64,000 nt of DNA. It comes from Octopus vulgaris. Its lineage: Eukaryota. This document shows, piece by piece, positions 61,463 to 64,000 of this stretch (positions within the stretch are counted from its first letter, which is position 1; each line of letters begins with the position of its first letter). Location: NCBI GenBank assembly GCA_951406725.2, contig OX597818.1:144274001-144338000 (forward strand), given 5' to 3'. The notes beneath the pieces are model-generated. The model made no database searches and was not told the DNA's origin. It saw only the letters and a list, made by a program, of their open reading frames with translations. The translations under genes and the position numbers were made by a program.

Positions 61463-64000
61463 ATCTCTGCTAATCATTTTAAATCTGGCTATACTGGTAA
61501 GACTGTTTCACTGATGAAATTAAGACTAAAAATACATCCAAGAGTTGTCACTGGACCACCAAAGATATTTCTCATTCCCTGCTATTTTTAATGTTTACTA
61601 ATTTAAAATTTGTAGTTACCTCATCTGTTTTTTTCTTTGTTTTTTTTTGGATGATAATTATCAAGCTAATGGCTTTTGCTGCTCATGGGAGTAAATGTGA
61701 ATTACAGTTTCTTAGCTCACTACAGAGCTCCAACTTTACAATATATTTATAATTGTCAAAGTTTAATGAGCTATTCTAGTTGTAGCAAAATGAGAATGAC
61801 AAGCTAAACTTCTGATATCAATGTGCCAAACCACGTGGTTGTTATAGTGTCACCAAATTAAGGGATCAGCATCCTAACTCAGTAACCAGATCAAAGGTAG
61901 CACATGTGAAGTGTTTCTATGACAACAATTAAATGATACATCATTAAAATTTTACTTTAGACAATAAGAATTCAACACCTTAGACAAGCCAACTGAAACC
62001 TTGTGAGTGGATCTCATAGACAGAAACTGAAAGAAAGCTTGCATGTGTCTGTACATGTGTTAATATTTGTACTTCTCCAGAAATTATAAGCTACAGGCCA
62101 TGATGCCAGTTCTCCTGTCAACAAATCATCCACTGATTTGTATCTTCAAAGACATACAAAATTTAAAAAACCCATCCTTGAAAAATGATACAGTTGTCTG
62201 ATGCTTGCACAGAAAAGAAAGGACATCAAACAAATCTAGATACCACAATGAAATAAGATCCTTCCCTTCAAAACCTAGTTCCATAGAGAAGCTGATGCTA
62301 TGGGAGTCAAATAGTCTTCATGAGGAATCGCAACAATCAAGACTAAATGTTCCAATTCTTTGAACAACAGAGAGAGAATTAGGACTGGATAAAACAAAGA
62401 TTAACTAAACCTGGGTATGGAATTTTTTTTAGCTCAAAGTTGCCACTAAGTGAATATAACTATGACCAGGCGTGCATTCTAGCCAGTCCTAGCAGACTAT
62501 ATTTCTCAACACTTCCAGTCTTACTTTTTTTAAAACTGTAGGATGTAATCTGAGAAACATTTGGGTCCCTATTTCTTGCACATTGGATGACTACATAGAG
62601 GCTCCCTAACCCAATTCAAGAGAAATGGAAAGTAAAATCAATTCTGGTGAGATCTGAACTGAAAACGTACAATACGAAAATCAATGCTGGCAAAGTATTT
62701 TAGGATGACAAGAACTGGAGGATGGGGTGGGCAATTCAGCCTCAAGTCTGTAAAACACAAATAAATAAAAACAGTTTAAACCATAAGACCAAAGCAGCAA
62801 TTTAATTTAAATTATATACCTTTGAATGCGAAGAATTAAACATTCATTATCTTAATCGCAGTAAATGCACCCAACAGATTCGTATGCATTTGCAGTTCTA
62901 CCCGCAGTACTTAGGAAAAGAAATCCTTCCTCAGCCGTCAGCTAAAATTACTGTGCTAACAACAAATAGACAAAACAAAAAAAATCCTATTCTATGACAC
63001 CGTGGGGCGATGGGCTCAGTAGTAGTTCAGTGCCAGATCAACCCTTAAGTCAAAAGTATTCCAGCCGTGACCATCACATCTAACATTCCGGCACAGTGGA
63101 TCTAATTACATTATCCAAGGTGTTCTTCCTCTTTTCTAAGGCAATAGGGTCTGATCTAAGGGAGATTTGCTTACTTTTCTAACATCACGCTAGAATTGTG
63201 GAGTGACCCACCTATGGCTCAATAATAGAAAGCTGATTTAGACTAAAATTATTTACGTTTCTGAGTTTAAATCATGCGAAAATCGATTGGCTTTTTTAGC
63301 TGGGTAGAATCGATAAAATACGCATATGGAACATTCTGGAGTATAAATGTGGTGAATACAAGACGAACATCTAAAGTCACGTGGATTTATTGACCACACA
63401 ACTAGTTTTTCAATAGAAGAGTTTGCTTGTTTGTTTTTTTAATTTGCTTTCTTATTCATTGTTAAGCAAGCAATTTAATAATAATAAAAGGGAAAATAAG
63501 ACGATGCCAAGAGTTCAAATGTTGCCAAATTCGGTTTTGCCTTTCATTCTTCTGGAGTTCGGTAATGTAAAGTACGAGAGAAGTACTGGGATTAGGGTAA
63601 TCTTGGCAAGCATTTACAGTTCACAAACCCTTGGCCACAAACTAGTCTTAGGCTGATGTCCTAAATGGCTTATCCAAATTTGCAGCCTTATGCCAATGAT
63701 GAAATCAATATATGAAACCAATACTTCAAGCGGTGATGCAAACAGACAAAAACCTCCACTAAATAAACAGATTATATAATTGCATTCAGTAAAATGCAAT
63801 CATCACATTCAAAATAAAGTAATTTATAATTATTATAGTTAATAATAAATTAATACTAATGATGCACAAAAACCGTTTGACGATTTAAAAAAATATTCTC
63901 TTACTTAAAATTTGGATGCACGGAATAAATTAAAACCGAGATTTAACACGTGTCTGTTCCTTTTTATAGTGAACACAAAAAATGTTTATTTTTTTGGTAC

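Noticed and set aside
61147-61591. His/Thr- and Val/Cys-rich ORFs (and similar ones at other microsatellites)
   Set aside because: Translations of dinucleotide repeats.

Overview
Eukaryotic, AT-rich, repeat-dense animal DNA. The SINE/LINE repertoire and (TA)n/(CA)n density suggest a cephalopod, probably Octopus (inference). Two host genes lie on the minus strand. (1) Eukaryotic elongation factor 2 kinase (eEF2K): I reconstructed 11 GT-AG coding exons from 57956 to 36209 (2070 nt, 689 aa, all phases consistent), including a 38-nt exon missed by the ORF track. (2) The first coding exon of a GH29 alpha-L-fucosidase (19523-18784) with an unusually long N-terminal extension; its next intron appears to run off the left edge of the window. 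The left 28 kb holds five copies of one RTE-clade LINE (one near full length), mariner/maT relics, MITEs and tRNA-derived SINEs. Main observations: a C4HC3 PHD-type finger inside the RTE reverse transcriptase; repeated nesting of retroelements in (TA)n tracts; three degenerate Penelope-type hammerhead ribozyme motifs; a twin-priming-type inversion with a 12-bp TSD in a second RTE family; a 46-bp SINE-templated patch inside a LINE; a near-perfect 16x90-bp intronic array; and a 5x HSP-motif repeat in the eEF2K regulatory loop. All calls are by eye, with no database searches.
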